DNA from: Balanoglossus misakiensis
Taxonomy: Eukaryota; Animalia; Hemichordata
Direction of reading: 5' to 3'
Assembly: GCA_040954595.2 (NCBI GenBank)
Contig: CM082578.2
Location: forward strand, 14,414,304-14,478,303
DNA: 64,000 bases
The position numbers and the translations under genes were made by a program. Below the pieces are notes generated by a model. It was not told the origin of the DNA, did not search any database, and saw nothing but the letters and a program-made list of their open reading frames with translations. This document shows, piece after piece, positions 1-14,207 of the stretch; positions within the stretch are counted from its first letter, which is position 1, and the number at the start of each line of letters is the position of its first letter.

Positions 1-3000
1 ATAAAGACTGAGGACTATCATACTTAGATAGCGTGACCAATTTCTCTATTAAATGCAATCGTGCAAATTTGAACGTGTATTGATGATGTCCACATCAACA
101 GACACGCCCACTGCATAACCAATCAGCAGGCTGCACTTACTTCACCATATTCCAAATGTTATATCAAATGTTATACCTTACTTGCTGTTAAAATTTCATT
201 TAAAATGTGAAGTTTCAAACTTGCATATTCCTTCGGGTGCCGTAAATATTGTGTTTAGATGGTGCAGAATTGTTTAGAAAATGCTTTTTAATTTGACATT
301 AAAAATACTGCCCAGGATATTTTGGATGATATCTTCATTGATAAAAGATTGAGCAGCCAACTTCACAAACTGTTATATCGCAATATTTAGCAATTGTTAA
401 ACTTGTGCAATGTATGTGGCATGTAATTGAGACTTGTATGTTGAAAACATTGTGAATATGATGAAATGGCCCTATATCTTCCAGTTTGATTCACCCAAGA
501 CAGAAGATAATAGATACCAGGTAATATACATGATACTACTTTCCCCCTACCCATGTATAAATCTAAATGCATTCATTTGCCAATGTGTTGTGCTGAAGCC
601 ATAAGGAACAAACATTGACAAAGACAAAGTCAGTTTGCAACTTTCATTATCTGTGTTTGGTGCACAGGATCTCACAATTTTTGACCATGTCTGTAGCTGT
701 AGGTCCACTTTTACCAAATTTCTTCTAGGCTTGCACAGAGACATATTTATACACATTGTTCACTGCATGATACAAAGGAGCGACGTGTTCCTGAATCTGC
801 ATAGATAAGCATGCACTTATACATTATACTTTACACAGAAAACTCAACCAAAATATACATTATTCCAACCAACCCATATGCACAGCAAGGGCTGTGTCAT
901 CTTCAATTATCTTTTCACCTTCTGCTCTCACTGTGATCAGTTCTTGGCTGTGCCTGCAATGAATGCCATTAAAAACAGTTCCGCAGTGAAAAGACAAAAT
1001 GCTCAGCAATCAGATCACTTCCAGCTGGGATTTCTGTTATCAACAACCGTTCCTCTGATGATGATGTACAGTCACATAGCAATACATTATTGAAGTTATC
1101 AAGAATTGTGAGCTTGAGTTGTCAAATTGACTTTATTCTGGATATTAATTTCGTATTGGCTACAGTCCATGTCTGTCGTGATGTTGTCGAAGGTGGTGTT
1201 GTCTATAATTTTTTCTGTCCTGTCCACCTAAGTTACATTTAAGAATTATCATTTTTGATAAAATTTACATTGTATTATCAGTTATAAAAACTAACTTCAT
1301 GTTGCTTTTTGATGCAGTCTCCCATAAAGTATTCCCTTATAGCAACATAATGGTTACTAATTTTAAAACACAACCACTCAATGTTTCTGACAAAATATAC
1401 ATGTATGCCAACCAACCATTTCTACTGATCACATTTAAATAGTCTGATTACAGTATAAAAATTTGGATGATCGATTTTTCACAACTGAAATATTAATGAA
1501 TCATACGGACACTGATGACTCATGCATGTAATTACTAACACACACAAGAAGATATGAAAGTCTCTGTAGAAAAACCCTGGTTAAAAAAAGCAAGAATCAG
1601 CTGATTACCATAATCCAACACTTCCCTCGATATGCAGGGACACAGAATATGCCCAATTAACCAAATAGGCTATTATGCAACTCATGTCTGATGAGTGAAT
1701 AATAAATGGGCATAATTTTCTGAGTACATTTACAGACAGAAATAGCTCCGAATGATGTTACACAGGTGAATGATTTGAGCAAACATCACAAGTAGCTGAG
1801 GAGGGCCAGAGAACAGGGTAGTCTGTCTGTCTACACGCAAATCCCATGATTGAATTGGAACCGTAAATAGCAAATAAAAGCCGATGATGAAGTTAAATGT
1901 CTGCTGGGATTAAAGTAAGCCAGGGATAAATGTCGGCAGACTGATAGGAACACCACGGGTGCTAAATTTCCTTAAAAGCATTATATAATCAGAAAATGGC
2001 AATGTCTATTGTTCTGAGTTTTGCCGATATTGCAGTGTTTGTTGAAGAGACATGGGCAGTTAATTGGAGAGGTGACTGTTAATTTGACAGGGGCTTTTCT
2101 GTAAAAGCAAAATTGATATTGATCGAAACTTAATTTGTGGCGAGATTTTCTTCTTTTGCGCACCGTGTATTTAAATGGCTTTGGAAATGATCCAAAAGGG
2201 TTTTCGCACGATGAAAATTTATGCACATTGGTGTTTAATTTGCATAATCCGAAGCTTCAACTTTGAGATCATATAGAAGGGTGATTATGAAAGGTATTTG
2301 AGGATTAGTGGCGGCTCATGAGGCTTTAATGATGGTCTCCCTAATTCTCCAATACCCTTCATAATCCCAGTTCTTTTGTGATGCCTGCAGTACTCCTATC
2401 CTTCTCCTATTTTGCAACAATTAGATCACTCTCACAAACTTCAAACCTTTTTTCGTTGAGTGAAGGAGACGGCTGTTATTTTCATGATTAATTCTGTAAC
2501 ACCGGTTTCTGATTGTCAGGAAACCAGTTTTCTTGTCACTTGTATTCCAACACAACGCTCAGATCAGAATGTTAATGCCCATTTCATGTACTGTGCATGT
2601 GATATCAAAAAACGTCGACAGAATTTCAGCATCCAGGTAATTGGCCATGACTTGTTGAGCTCAGGTTAAAAGCCATTTCTGATTTTATTAGACTTTCAAT
2701 TAGAAAAATTCTATTCAAAATCTTGCGGGCAAAATTCACAAAACATGTTTTTCTTGAATTCCATGAATAGTTTTTCTGGACATTGACTTTCATTGATTCA
2801 GGAGAGATATGTATGAACAAGGCTTTGTCACCGATATTTTTAAAGAAAATTTTGGAATGAAGCAGATTGATGTGATATGTACTAAGTAGGTCAGTGCAAG
2901 ACAAACAAATGCTTGTTTCACAACTCTCGTAATACTAACAGTGTGGAGGGCTATTGTCATATGATGTAGGCTTGGTTGAACTGCAGGAAAATCGATCCTT

Positions 3001-5312
3001 CTGTTATATGAATTGTGTCATGCTACTGATGAGGAACATGACCCTACCTGATTTTTTCTTGTAAGAGCCAGTTTTGTTTTCATTTTTAATAGTGAAAAGC
3101 AGAGGATACAGGGCTCAATACAGGATACCAGGTTTCTGATGGTGAAAGGCGCCATTGACAATGATGAAATGATGGATCCTTCCCTCCCCCCTGCAGTTGT
3201 AAATAGAATTCTTGATCTGCATCTCACCTGTGTCCATATCACAGTGAGAGACATCATTTCATTTCAGGCGTAGTAGACACAGCCGGGGAACGGATGTGAT
3301 GAGTAATTGCTATGTGTAGATGTTGCACAAAGAATAATCCAGAGGAATTACAGAGATGGATTGAAGTTATTAATTTTGACATTGATGGAAAGGAAGAGGG
3401 CACCAAAAGCATAATTAAATCTTTGGGCATCCAAGTCCTTAGTTTCTTTTTGAACATCTGACCGGGGGGAAAAAATTCCCCTTTGTGTATTAACCCATTT
3501 TAATCCTGTTAATGAGTTAGTCGTTGTGCAAGAGGTATTTTGTTATTTCACTTTGCCATTTCATTACAATTTAGGCATGATTCTTTCCCAGTGATTTGTT
3601 TCTCTGCTATTAAACTTATCGGTGCTTATGGAATTGAAGGCTTTGACCAACATGCAACTCCTTTTCTTCCACAGCAAATTTGGTAAAGTCGTAATGATGT
3701 TTAGTTATACAGTTGTACATTGGGCAGTTCACAAAACTGTGTTAAGTGTTCATCATCATGTTAGTATTTCCTTATTATTCACAGAATGCAGGGTTTGGTT
3801 AAAAAAGGTTGTTCTCCCTGAGGCACCATTTTTATCTCATTTACAGTCTTATAATGGCCATGCTGTACTCAGATAAATCAAAACAGCAATCAGCCGGATC
3901 ATGAAAACCCCGGCCATCTTCCCATCAAAACCACTGACAGTCGGTTTCACATTGGTACACAGGCATCCGAGTGAGTCATGGTTGCCATGGATATGGAAAT
4001 CTATCACACTTCACTTTCTTCAAATGTGAATGTGAAAGGAGAAGTGCTCTGGGCCATCTCAGAGATTTTAAATACCAATAAACATTGCAATTGAAAGAGC
4101 AAATATTTTGTACCTAAAGGTCAAATCTGTTGTACTTTTCCTGATGAAAAACCCATACTGCAAGTTCAAGGTGATGGCCTTTCACCTGAATCTCCTAGTA
4201 CCTATCTGTGGGCCCACGTCACATCCTCTTGGCAAGACAGTGTCACCTGCAGAATGCATTATAGTCTAATGCTGAACATTAACAGATAAGACAGTACTGG
4301 AAAGCTGCCAAAAGGTTGCAAAGCTGCCTTGTGATGTATTTGTTTTTTTCTAGCCAGAATCTCCAGATAATCTTTTAGCCACTGATCAACGCCATCTTGT
4401 GGGAGACAAATTATTATTTTTATTTAAGCACTTAAGCTCTTTGTTGGTAAATTAACATACTAAGAATGGCACTTTTATAAAAATCTGCCATCAGATAGGA
4501 ATCAAGAAGTGCCCCAGGTGTGAGTCTGCTGTGTGGACAAATATTCCGAGTTAATGTGGCAAATCTAAAATTAGAGGATGCCCAGGTTCCTGTGTTACGA
4601 CATTGATCGATGAATTTCCACCGAGGATTTCAACAAAGGTGTTTTTGACATGTGTCAACATTTTCACTTACATATTACTCATGAAATGAAATATGTAGGA
4701 TCCATGGAAAAGTGTTTCTTGAGCAAATGTATTATTTTTTCAGTCGACCACCATTATATCTGCATGGCTGCATATTTTTCACATAGTTTGGTTAAACCTA
4801 CTCCAATATTCTGACCTTTTAAATTGCAAATATTTATCCTCTTCAGTTGGGATCATCTCTGTAAACCCTCCAAACAATTAGATTATGTGCATTTTAAACA
4901 TTGACAATCAGAGAGTCTGTTTATTGATCAAGCTTTTAGTCAATCAGGCCTCACTTTGCACTTCAACTCTGCAATGGTATGTGCAGTCTTGCCAAGGCAC
5001 TTCATTATCTGGTGGTGTATCTAGAGAGCTCTACTAATGCAACAGATGCATAAATGTTTGCGTGGGCTAACATGATGATCCACTCCAGGAAATTAGTCTC
5101 TAGACGCTGATGCACTTACAAGTTCAAGGTCAACTACTCCTCTGCGTGGCGTGTGATTGGCTAGGGTTTGTCTGTGTTAAACGTCATACAGAATTTATGA
5201 TGTACTCTCACCATGAAATTTGCCAGGTGTATACCCAGGGCATGTGTGCAGTTTTGTGACAGTGCATAAATCCATTACAAGGAGGCTACATCTTTGCTCA
5301 TGTTAATTGTGA

Positions 5313-5701
5313 AATAAATTACTACTATATGAATTATGATATCATACAACAACATTGCTGTACTGGAAAGGTTACGTGTATCTTAGCCTAGTGAATAAAT
5401 TTGAAATATGGCAAGACATGAGCAAGGACCACTCTGCTTCTAGACAGACTAGACTGACTCAGTTGTTTGGAAAATAGTGAGTAGACCCTGCTCCAAAATA
5501 CAGTGAATAAATTACTACTATATGAATTATGATATCATACAACAACATTGCTGTACTGGAAAGGTTACGTGTATCTTAGCCTAGTGAATAAATTTGAAAT
5601 ATGGCAAGACATGAGCAAGGACCACTCTGCTTCTAGACAGACTAGACTGACTCAGTTGTTTGGAAAATAGTGAGTAGACCCTGCTCCAAAATACAGTGAA
5701 T
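5313..5701. repeat. Perfect tandem duplication, 2 x 193 bp
   Basis: aataaattactactatatg...ctccaaaatacagtg starts at 5313 and again at 5506. Confidence 0.95.
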
Positions 5702-8700
5702 TCCTTTCATGGATTATACCAATTATAATGCTTAAGTTGAAAATGTTGTAGATTTTCCAGATAAGTCTGGCAAAAATTCTCCTTTTTTCAAGTCTAGCTT
5801 TCCTGTCCATTAGTGAATTTGTAAGCTGTCAGAATTGGATGAGTAGAATTATAAACATACACAAAGTTAAGACACAAAGTGATGAAGAGCTTTGTGAATT
5901 GGCATATTGGATAGACATGGGCGGAAATTTGACAAGATATCCTGGTGGTAAAGGCCAGTCACATTAGTGGTAATTACTTTGAGAGAAAAGTCTATCAGCA
6001 TGAATTTTTACGAGATAACGTGCACGTCAAAATTACAGTGGTTCTCAAAATGTGGCTGGCTAAAAGAGCTACTGTTCTGTGAATCTTTGACATCTTGTAC
6101 AGTGGGAAAAATGAGTGGTTTCTTTTTCAAAATATTTTCATACGAATGGTGTTAGAGTCCAGCTAAAACAATTAGACCCTATCACCAAAGCATCCAGGGA
6201 AAGGATACCAGTACGAACATTTGAAACCAAATTTGTTTATGTCGGATATACTGGGTAGATGCATTTTCAAAGTATATCATAGAATAAAAGGTTATTTTCA
6301 GGTGAACTTGCGCCAATTATATTTGAAAGGAATAAGGATGTCAGGAATTTATGTATTACTTCTTTTAATGAAAGTGTATTCAAATCTAGCCAGTCTAAAC
6401 TTCCTCTTGGCTGTATTGAAATCATACAAAATACATTTCCTTGAAAGAAGCTTTGTGACTACTGCATTCTTAGTCTCTACTTCCTTCTTCAATGACAAAA
6501 TGTTTTTCCTGGAAACTCATACCTGTGTTTTCCTTCAAATGATATCAGTTCGTGCAGGTTTAACATCAGATTCATAAAGTTTTGAGGTCTGACAGCTGTA
6601 GTTGTCAGCAATATGAAAAAAGTACACGCACGTATTCAAAATTTATAGACAATAATTTTTCAAATCAATCACAAATACTGAAAACGTGGGAAATCCATGA
6701 AAAGTACGGCCAGTCATGAATAGAAGGGGTGCGTGTCTTAATGAGCAAACAGAGGTCATTCTATCATCCTCGTGTCCTCGAACATATACATGTATGAACA
6801 TGCCCTACATTTGTAGCTGCCAATATCTTATTCAAACAAAGATGAGCGTGTTCACTTCTTCCGGTGTCATTTGCTGTTTTACGGTCAAGGTGTTGACAAT
6901 TGCCCTACATTTTACTATAATGCGTTACCATTTGGCTACAGTGCAGGCGATGCACCGAGTCCCTCAATAGGACAGTATTTGTAATTTTATGGTAGTCTAC
7001 GGCTGACAGACCATGTTCGCAATGGCATACAATCACTACAGTCATGCAGCATCAAAACCAAAGCCGCAAAGCATCAACACACAAGACATGAAGTCTGTTT
7101 TCTGAGGGTAATTTGCTGCCAAGAGTTGAAATTCCACCCCACTTACAGACATTCGAAGAGTTTCACATTTTCAGTGCGGTCATAAATTTTCATTTTATTG
7201 TTCCACACGGATTTGGAGATAGCCTGATGGTGCATTCAGGTGTTTGCCTGGCCAAGTCTCCTGAGCAGATAGGTGCTGATTAATTATTTATGAGCTTAAT
7301 TTACTGGTTTGGGTTCTATTAATAGCCAGCATGTTTCATCAAATGTATCTTTGATGAGACTGCTTAAGTGTGAGCCGTGCCGTTTAGAGAATCGATGAAA
7401 CCCCTTCTCTTGTAGTCAGACCAAAATAGAAAAAAAAATGTTAGGCTTGGTCGCGTCTGTAGTGAGCTCTTGAAGAATCAAAAACATCTGCCTTGTGCTT
7501 CAACTCAGAAGTATGCAATGATCCTGCAACTGATGCGAGAATTTGTTGGTGACAATACTGTGATTGTCTTAGATTCCTAAATTGATGATGTTAATGTAGA
7601 GATTCCCTTATTAAAATCACAGTAAATTGCAAAGCAAAATGCAAAATATGCTTCTTAAAAGAAATTTGTTCTAAAAACGACATATTAAGAAAGAACTACC
7701 TTACTTGAAAATACTCAAGTGAGTCATGCAGTCTCGCCCATAGTGAATACAATTTCACAAAAATAAAGCTAGAAAATTTGTTCATTGTGGATTGCTTCAA
7801 GGTATAAATTTGCCTTTGCAGACTATATATCATTCATGGATCCAGCCTATAATATTTTTGCTTTGTCATTAAAGCAAACATGAAAAAGTGAGTATTATTT
7901 CGAGAAAATGTAAATATGAATATGCAAAACGGGTACAACAGAATAAAAAGCTACCAGCACTTGTACAACATGCCCTGTTGATGAACTTTTCTGTTTATAT
8001 CACGTCATACTACACAAAGACCTAGTTTTAATCAAACCTGTCATTTATTGCACAGAGATATTGGTCTATGAATGAGAGAATTTTTTTTACAGTGGTCGTC
8101 ATATTGTAACATATGGCCAAGTAAAAGGGGAAGAGTTTCTTAAGATTTTTTTTATTCTGAATTAGTGTAATTGATTTTTTGCAAGTAAGGAATAGTATAA
8201 ATTGATAAAAATAAATGCCTGGCCCAATTTGAGACTCAAATATGCAGTTGCACACATATGTAATTGATTGAAATGGTCCTTATTCTGCGGCAAAAAAAAA
8301 ATTACACTGTTTCAGATCCACTTGTAAAATTAAAGACATTTATAATTTATGATACATCGATGAACAGGACAGGATTTCCTGGAACGACTTCAAAATCATG
8401 AGCGCCACAATGGACAGGTTATGACACAGAATATTAAACATAAAATCCATCGTGAATCACGCTCATTTTCTGCCGACTCGCTGAGCACTACCTTGAACTT
8501 TCAGTGACTCAAGAAATCAAAGAAAAAGAGCAAGGCTAGGTGGTTAGTTTGCGTTTGAGGTTTTGATTTAATGAATGCCGTGAAAATGAAATTGCCGCTA
8601 TATTAATGGATATTATTTTGGTTTTAGAAGGTCAGTGTGTATTCAATTACGAGTGTGTTGAGAATTAGAATGGATGTAGTCCCTCAGTAATGGTGCTCAC

Positions 8701-11700
8701 TCTGCGTGTAATATTCTCAGAATTAGTGACGGTTCTTCACTGATTGTGCATTTTTTGTGCTCTGATACTGCGTATGTCGGATTGGAACGGTGCATATGAT
8801 GCAAATGGTATCTGACATACTGAATGCTAAAAAGCGAAAATCAAATCTCCCTCGTTTGTGAAGAGAAATCCTGCATGAGTGACTGGCTTAACCCCATGTC
8901 ACTAAAATTCTTCTAGGTTTTGTTCATTTCCAGAACAAGAATTACTTGAAAGGATTTTTTTGGTAATTATCATCAAGTACATATTGACATATCTTTTCAA
9001 TATTACTGGTAATTTAATTTGAAATTTAAGTAAACATACAGAATAGAGCTGGTTCATTGATTGGCCTTTTGCTGATGAGGTCAGAGGTCACCTTTTGTTA
9101 CTGCTGTGGTCAAAGGTTATCAGAGTGGCCATTGAAATGTGAATACCAAATGTGTACCATGTTTGATGGTATCGATGAGTTATTTTTACAACCCTGTGAT
9201 GCATTTAATACTGAACACAACTCTTTGGTACACAAATGCCTTGAACTTCTAGCTTTAAGAAAAAGATGACACATCTCAGTTAAAATTTTCCTCCAATATA
9301 CTTAACTAGTATTCAATGAAAAGTTGTAAGTAAAAAAAAAATAATAAACTGCTGAAAATGTGATGATTAATTTACACATGTTCCATCTGATCCATGAAAT
9401 CTGACATTCTGAGAAAAAACAAACCTCATGGGATTTGGTCGGCCATTTTATATTAGTTTTATAGGCAGTCCCTGGGATATGGGTGGGAGATGCAACTGTC
9501 AGATTGTCAACGTGTCATGGTGACATAACTGACTTTATTACTTGCTAATGCTTTATAGCTTCATGCCATTAGCTAGGAGACTGAAACGTGTGTGCAGCTT
9601 TGACGTAATCACGGCACATTTTGTCGTCAGTGCATGTCTGCCCTTGTTGCCAGTAACTTGTCAATAGGATGACAGATAAGATAGGCAAATGTGTTCCAGA
9701 TCCGTCTCCTTTTTTAGTTCAGCGTATACCTTGCCTCTGTTGAATGTTGCTGTGCAGAATCCGAGAGAGCCTAAAGTCGACCGGATACTGTGAATTGATG
9801 AGAATCGTGTGAATTAGTTTTGTAGCTTTAGAAACTGGTATCATTTTAGAGGATATGTAGTTTTATTTTTAACAAAAACGTGGAAACCAAATGTAATGAA
9901 TTACAGAAAAATTTGTATACTGGTCACAAAAATGACACTTTCATGCAGTGGTTAGTGCATTGGAATGTTACGAACAGAATACCAGCTGGGCTGCATTTAA
10001 AAAAAAATGAATGATGAAAAAGGAAGTAATGACTATAGGAATGTTCAACATCAGAATGAAAGTGTCAAAATGTCATGCACAGACAGCAAGGAAAGATTAA
10101 AGTCAGATCTGCGAAACACGGTTTGATTTCATCGAAGAAGATTAAAAGACTTTGATTTGGAGCAATGCTATTTTAATGTCAAAATTACTGCCAGATAAAA
10201 GGTGGCAGCGTCATTTTTCACACAGTCAGGATGTCTCTAAGTCTAATGATTGTCAATTTATGAAGTCTTGAAATGTTCAGAGAATGCAGGACAAAGCTGC
10301 CGACTGTATCCAAATCACGTCAGAAAATTCGTGCTGCCATGTGACAAAGACATTTTGTTCTTTATCAATCCCAGATTTTCACACTCGTATAAGATTGTTG
10401 AACGACTTCTCGAGAGCATCAAACTAGAATATGAAGCCATTGACATTTTTTTCTCAGCCATCACAACAAATGGTTTATTTGAATGGATGTAGAACAAGAT
10501 GGCGTCAAGATTTCTCAGTTCCCATTTTATTCCTCTGTGTTTATGATATTGCTATAATAATTCCTCAAAAGAATGTTTTTAAAAATTGTGACATAACAGA
10601 AATCTGTATATCCAGAAACAACTTGTAAAGTTGGTGTGTCTCTCATGTGTTTTAAGGTTCATTGTATGGTCATGCACTAAATTCACAAAGTACTATACGG
10701 TTCTGACTGACTCTCAGGATACGTGTGTGCAGACATGTTTAAAGAATGACAATAAAACATTTACATGCTGACTGGTTTGTTCCAGATGTGCGGGTACTAA
10801 ATTGCGACAGTATACTGAGTGCTTTGGGCAAACGGAATAAATTATTCTGGAAAGTAAACATCAACCTATATTAATCCAAAATTTAAACTAGATGTTCCGG
10901 TTACTTTTAATAGGACATTGGGTTCTTGCATGCATGGCACCCTGCAAAATCTGAGTGTAGGATGGAAACTGTTCCATCTGGTTACAAGATCTGCCTGCTG
11001 CGCAACTAGAATTGTTAGCTTGGAAGTCTTGAATGTTGAACAACACCATTCAGAAATATCATATTTTAAAATATTTTGCTCAATGATATCTTTTTTACCT
11101 TGCATTGGGAAAAAAATCCAGATTTTTGTTTGATGATTGGTGGATAAGGAAATAATACTAAATCCTGAGTAAACTTTATGATGAGTTGCTGTGAATTGGA
11201 AAAAAATGGTGCTGTCGCAATTTTGGTCAGTTGGTACTTGTTATGAGAGTCGTAAACTATCTATCAAAAATCAGAACGAGCGTGATTGCGTTTTTCGATT
11301 TTATAATCAAACAACCATAAAAAATAGTAGTCCTCGCCCATCAGTGCGTAAAAGGAAAATCAAATAGAAATGTTCACATTATTAGTTCCCATAATGCACC
11401 CATTCGCAGGCATTTGGTTTCAAAGTACATTTCTTGATTGGTGCAAGTTATTGACATTTCACAGACATTTTACGCTTCGGGTGATCCCGAGGTAAAGCCC
11501 CATGGGAATAAAATCTGAAGGGCCATCCATCTCTCTTGACTGATTAAAAAAATTGTTCATCATCTGCTATGAACTTGGTTATTTATTTTATGTACAGTTG
11601 TCAAACTCTCCATTTGATTCTAGGCACAAGTGTGTTTTATACGAGTGACATTGTCAGTGTGTACATAGCTGTCGTAAAGTGTAACAACTTAATGCACGGA

Positions 11701-14117
11701 TTTTGGCTTCTGTGGACTCGGGTTGAGATTTACGACACGTCTGAAATGGAAATCTGCATGTCAAAATACAAAAGGTTGCGTTTCAGTTTATTTCAATATG
11801 CCGTTGAAATTTAAGCCTATGCATGCAATACGGCCGTAAAAATGAACATTAAAGATCAACTATGAATTGATTTTTGTCAGTAAGCATTATCAAACTGGTA
11901 CCACAGATGATTGAGTGGCTGGGCAGGGTGATCGAGTCAGTGGATTAAGAGGGCTCCGCAACCTGGATGTTCAGTTTTATTTGTGTTGAAATTTCAGCCA
12001 GGGATCAATACAGCAGAAGCTCGTTTGCATTGAAATTGCTGACATAATGATTTTGTTTTCTGAAAAACACCAGAACACCTGCTGAAAAGGAGATGGGCAG
12101 TTCACTGAGGTTTATGTATGACCTCCAGTTATTCACAGTATGAATGCATTTAGTGGTATTCCAGTGATCAAAATGTAAACGTGAAACAGAGGCACCGTGG
12201 TTAATATCGGGTCTCTTTTTTCTGCAACCACTCTGTGTTAGGTAAACATTCCTTGGATAGCAGTTAGTAATGCGTACTGTGAGAGTATTTTCATTCCGAA
12301 GAACAGTTTGTCCATTTGTTACATTCTCTATGTGATTAGAGAATGACAAAATGGTGCGTCCTACAGATTCTCTTGTGATAATGGCTGGAGAGCAACAAAG
12401 CATAGAAAACTCATTGTTATTTTTGGAATTATAGGCAGTTTTTCCCCGAAAAATGATGAAAATATACATCCACAATCTCAGTTGTAGTGGAGGTCGAGCA
12501 ACAATAGACAAAAAGTAGCATCACGGAAAAAGCCATGAAGATAGATATCTATACATGAGACCTTAAGTTGTGCAACCTGAGACGGTTGACCATTTTTTTC
12601 CAATCAAGAACGCTACAAATCATGTCTTCTTTAGTTTGAGATGATCGTCATGTCATGAAAGAGATCTAATCATTTGTACATGAATGATCATCAGACATAG
12701 CAATATGATGATTGCAACGTGATTATGTCTGTAAATCATTTGGAAATTGTTCATTTCATAAATCACTCATCCATTTTACATGGAATTGCAATAAAAGGGG
12801 AATCATTTGCTTGAATTGTTCAGTCTCGTGATTGGTTGAACAAAACCCAGATACATGTATGTTGCTGTTTTGAATTATCTGTATATTAAAGCCAATCCCT
12901 CTGTAGGTTTGTATCATCTTGTAGTAAATCTTTTACTGGTCTCTCAGATCTCTTCTTAAGTTCAGTGTCTGCCATTGCGAGGTAGAATTAAATTCATCAA
13001 ATTCCTTATATAGTGTATGTACAGGCAATCTCGAAATTAGTGAGTGAAACATCACGTCTTGACTGTAGTAGCATTTAAAGATCTGTACAAAACGGCTTCC
13101 TAGTTGAGGTGATTCATAAACATTTTGCATTGCTGCCATAAATTTTCATTCATCCGCAGCGAGGTGCTTTTTCAGAAGGAGTTTAAACCGCGCAGTCGGA
13201 ATGAAACTGTGTGAAATTTTCATCAGCCTCGTATCGTGTTTCACGTTTGCCAATTTGTGATAGTGCACAGTAGCACCTAATAAAAGTAAGATTTAGTGGA
13301 TCACGATGAAAGGAAGGTTCCGAACATCAGGGCAAGGTTGCAAAGCATGGAAAGAAGGAAAGATCTTGAGTGGCCTTGGGTGTAAGACATTGCAACACAC
13401 TTGAAACATCTAAGGCATTTTTTCCCTCTACTGTTGCGATTGAATATTTTTCTAGCAATTACGTAACATATTTGAACACCAGAATGACAAATATTAGTCT
13501 CAATTCTCAATTATTAAAAGTTAATTAAATATCTTTAATTGAATGTGGAAAGTAGCAAGGGCAATATACATCCACCTGAGGAATGTTATTTTTAATGTGG
13601 CTGTTTCGCGAACTCTGGATTTTGATGAATACTTGCTTCAAGTGTACCACCAAGATATCAATCCACTTGTAAAATTTCTGTGATTTTTCCCTGGTGTAAA
13701 GTTTTGGTCAAATGCCAGATGTATTGCAGCACTAAAAATAAGTTTAATAGTTGACCAAGACATGAACTATTTTATGCTATGCCGTTTTGAAATGACCTGA
13801 GTCTTGACATTTAACCAAATATTCCTTTTCAGCATAAAAATTACCGATTCCAGTTTCTCACTAAAATAGTTTGAAAACTTTATGTATAGCTTGCGTCCAC
13901 AATCATCGCTGTTTGTGCCACCTGTGATATTGAAAAATGAAAGTTCAAATTGATAATTTTTAATCTGATCACTCACAGCATAAGAATACTGTTCCGCGTG
14001 AGTAAAGCGATGTCACCATGCTCTACATCTGACTTTAATCAGATTGTGTGCCAGCAAGAAGTGTCAATTTTGAAAATCATAACTGTAATTATATTTTGTG
14101 TCTGTTTGGTTTTGCAG

Positions 14118-14207
14118 AGTGGTGGTTCCATGGACGAATTTGCGACCAAAATGTCAGGATTTGAGCAACAGCATCATCATCTTTTACGGTGCTTGGAGAA
14201 AACAACT
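14118..14207 (+). CDS. KCND: Kv4 penultimate coding exon (dileucine motif)
   Basis: tttgcag acceptor, gtaagt donor, 90 bp, encodes FEQQHHHLLRCLEKTT. Confidence 0.92.

Noticed and set aside
95-140. CACGCCC plus CCAATCA promoter-like motifs at window start
   Set aside because: No associated exon; such short motifs are also common inside repeats.
12005-12511. 168-aa minus-strand ORF
   Set aside because: Non-ATG start, no recognisable domain and intron-like composition.
1-14117. Short ORFs in the track and a search for the preceding Kv4 exon (KARLARIR-type)
   Set aside because: No ORF shows family motifs or convincing splice context, and I did not find the upstream Kv4 exon by eye. The region is treated as intron.
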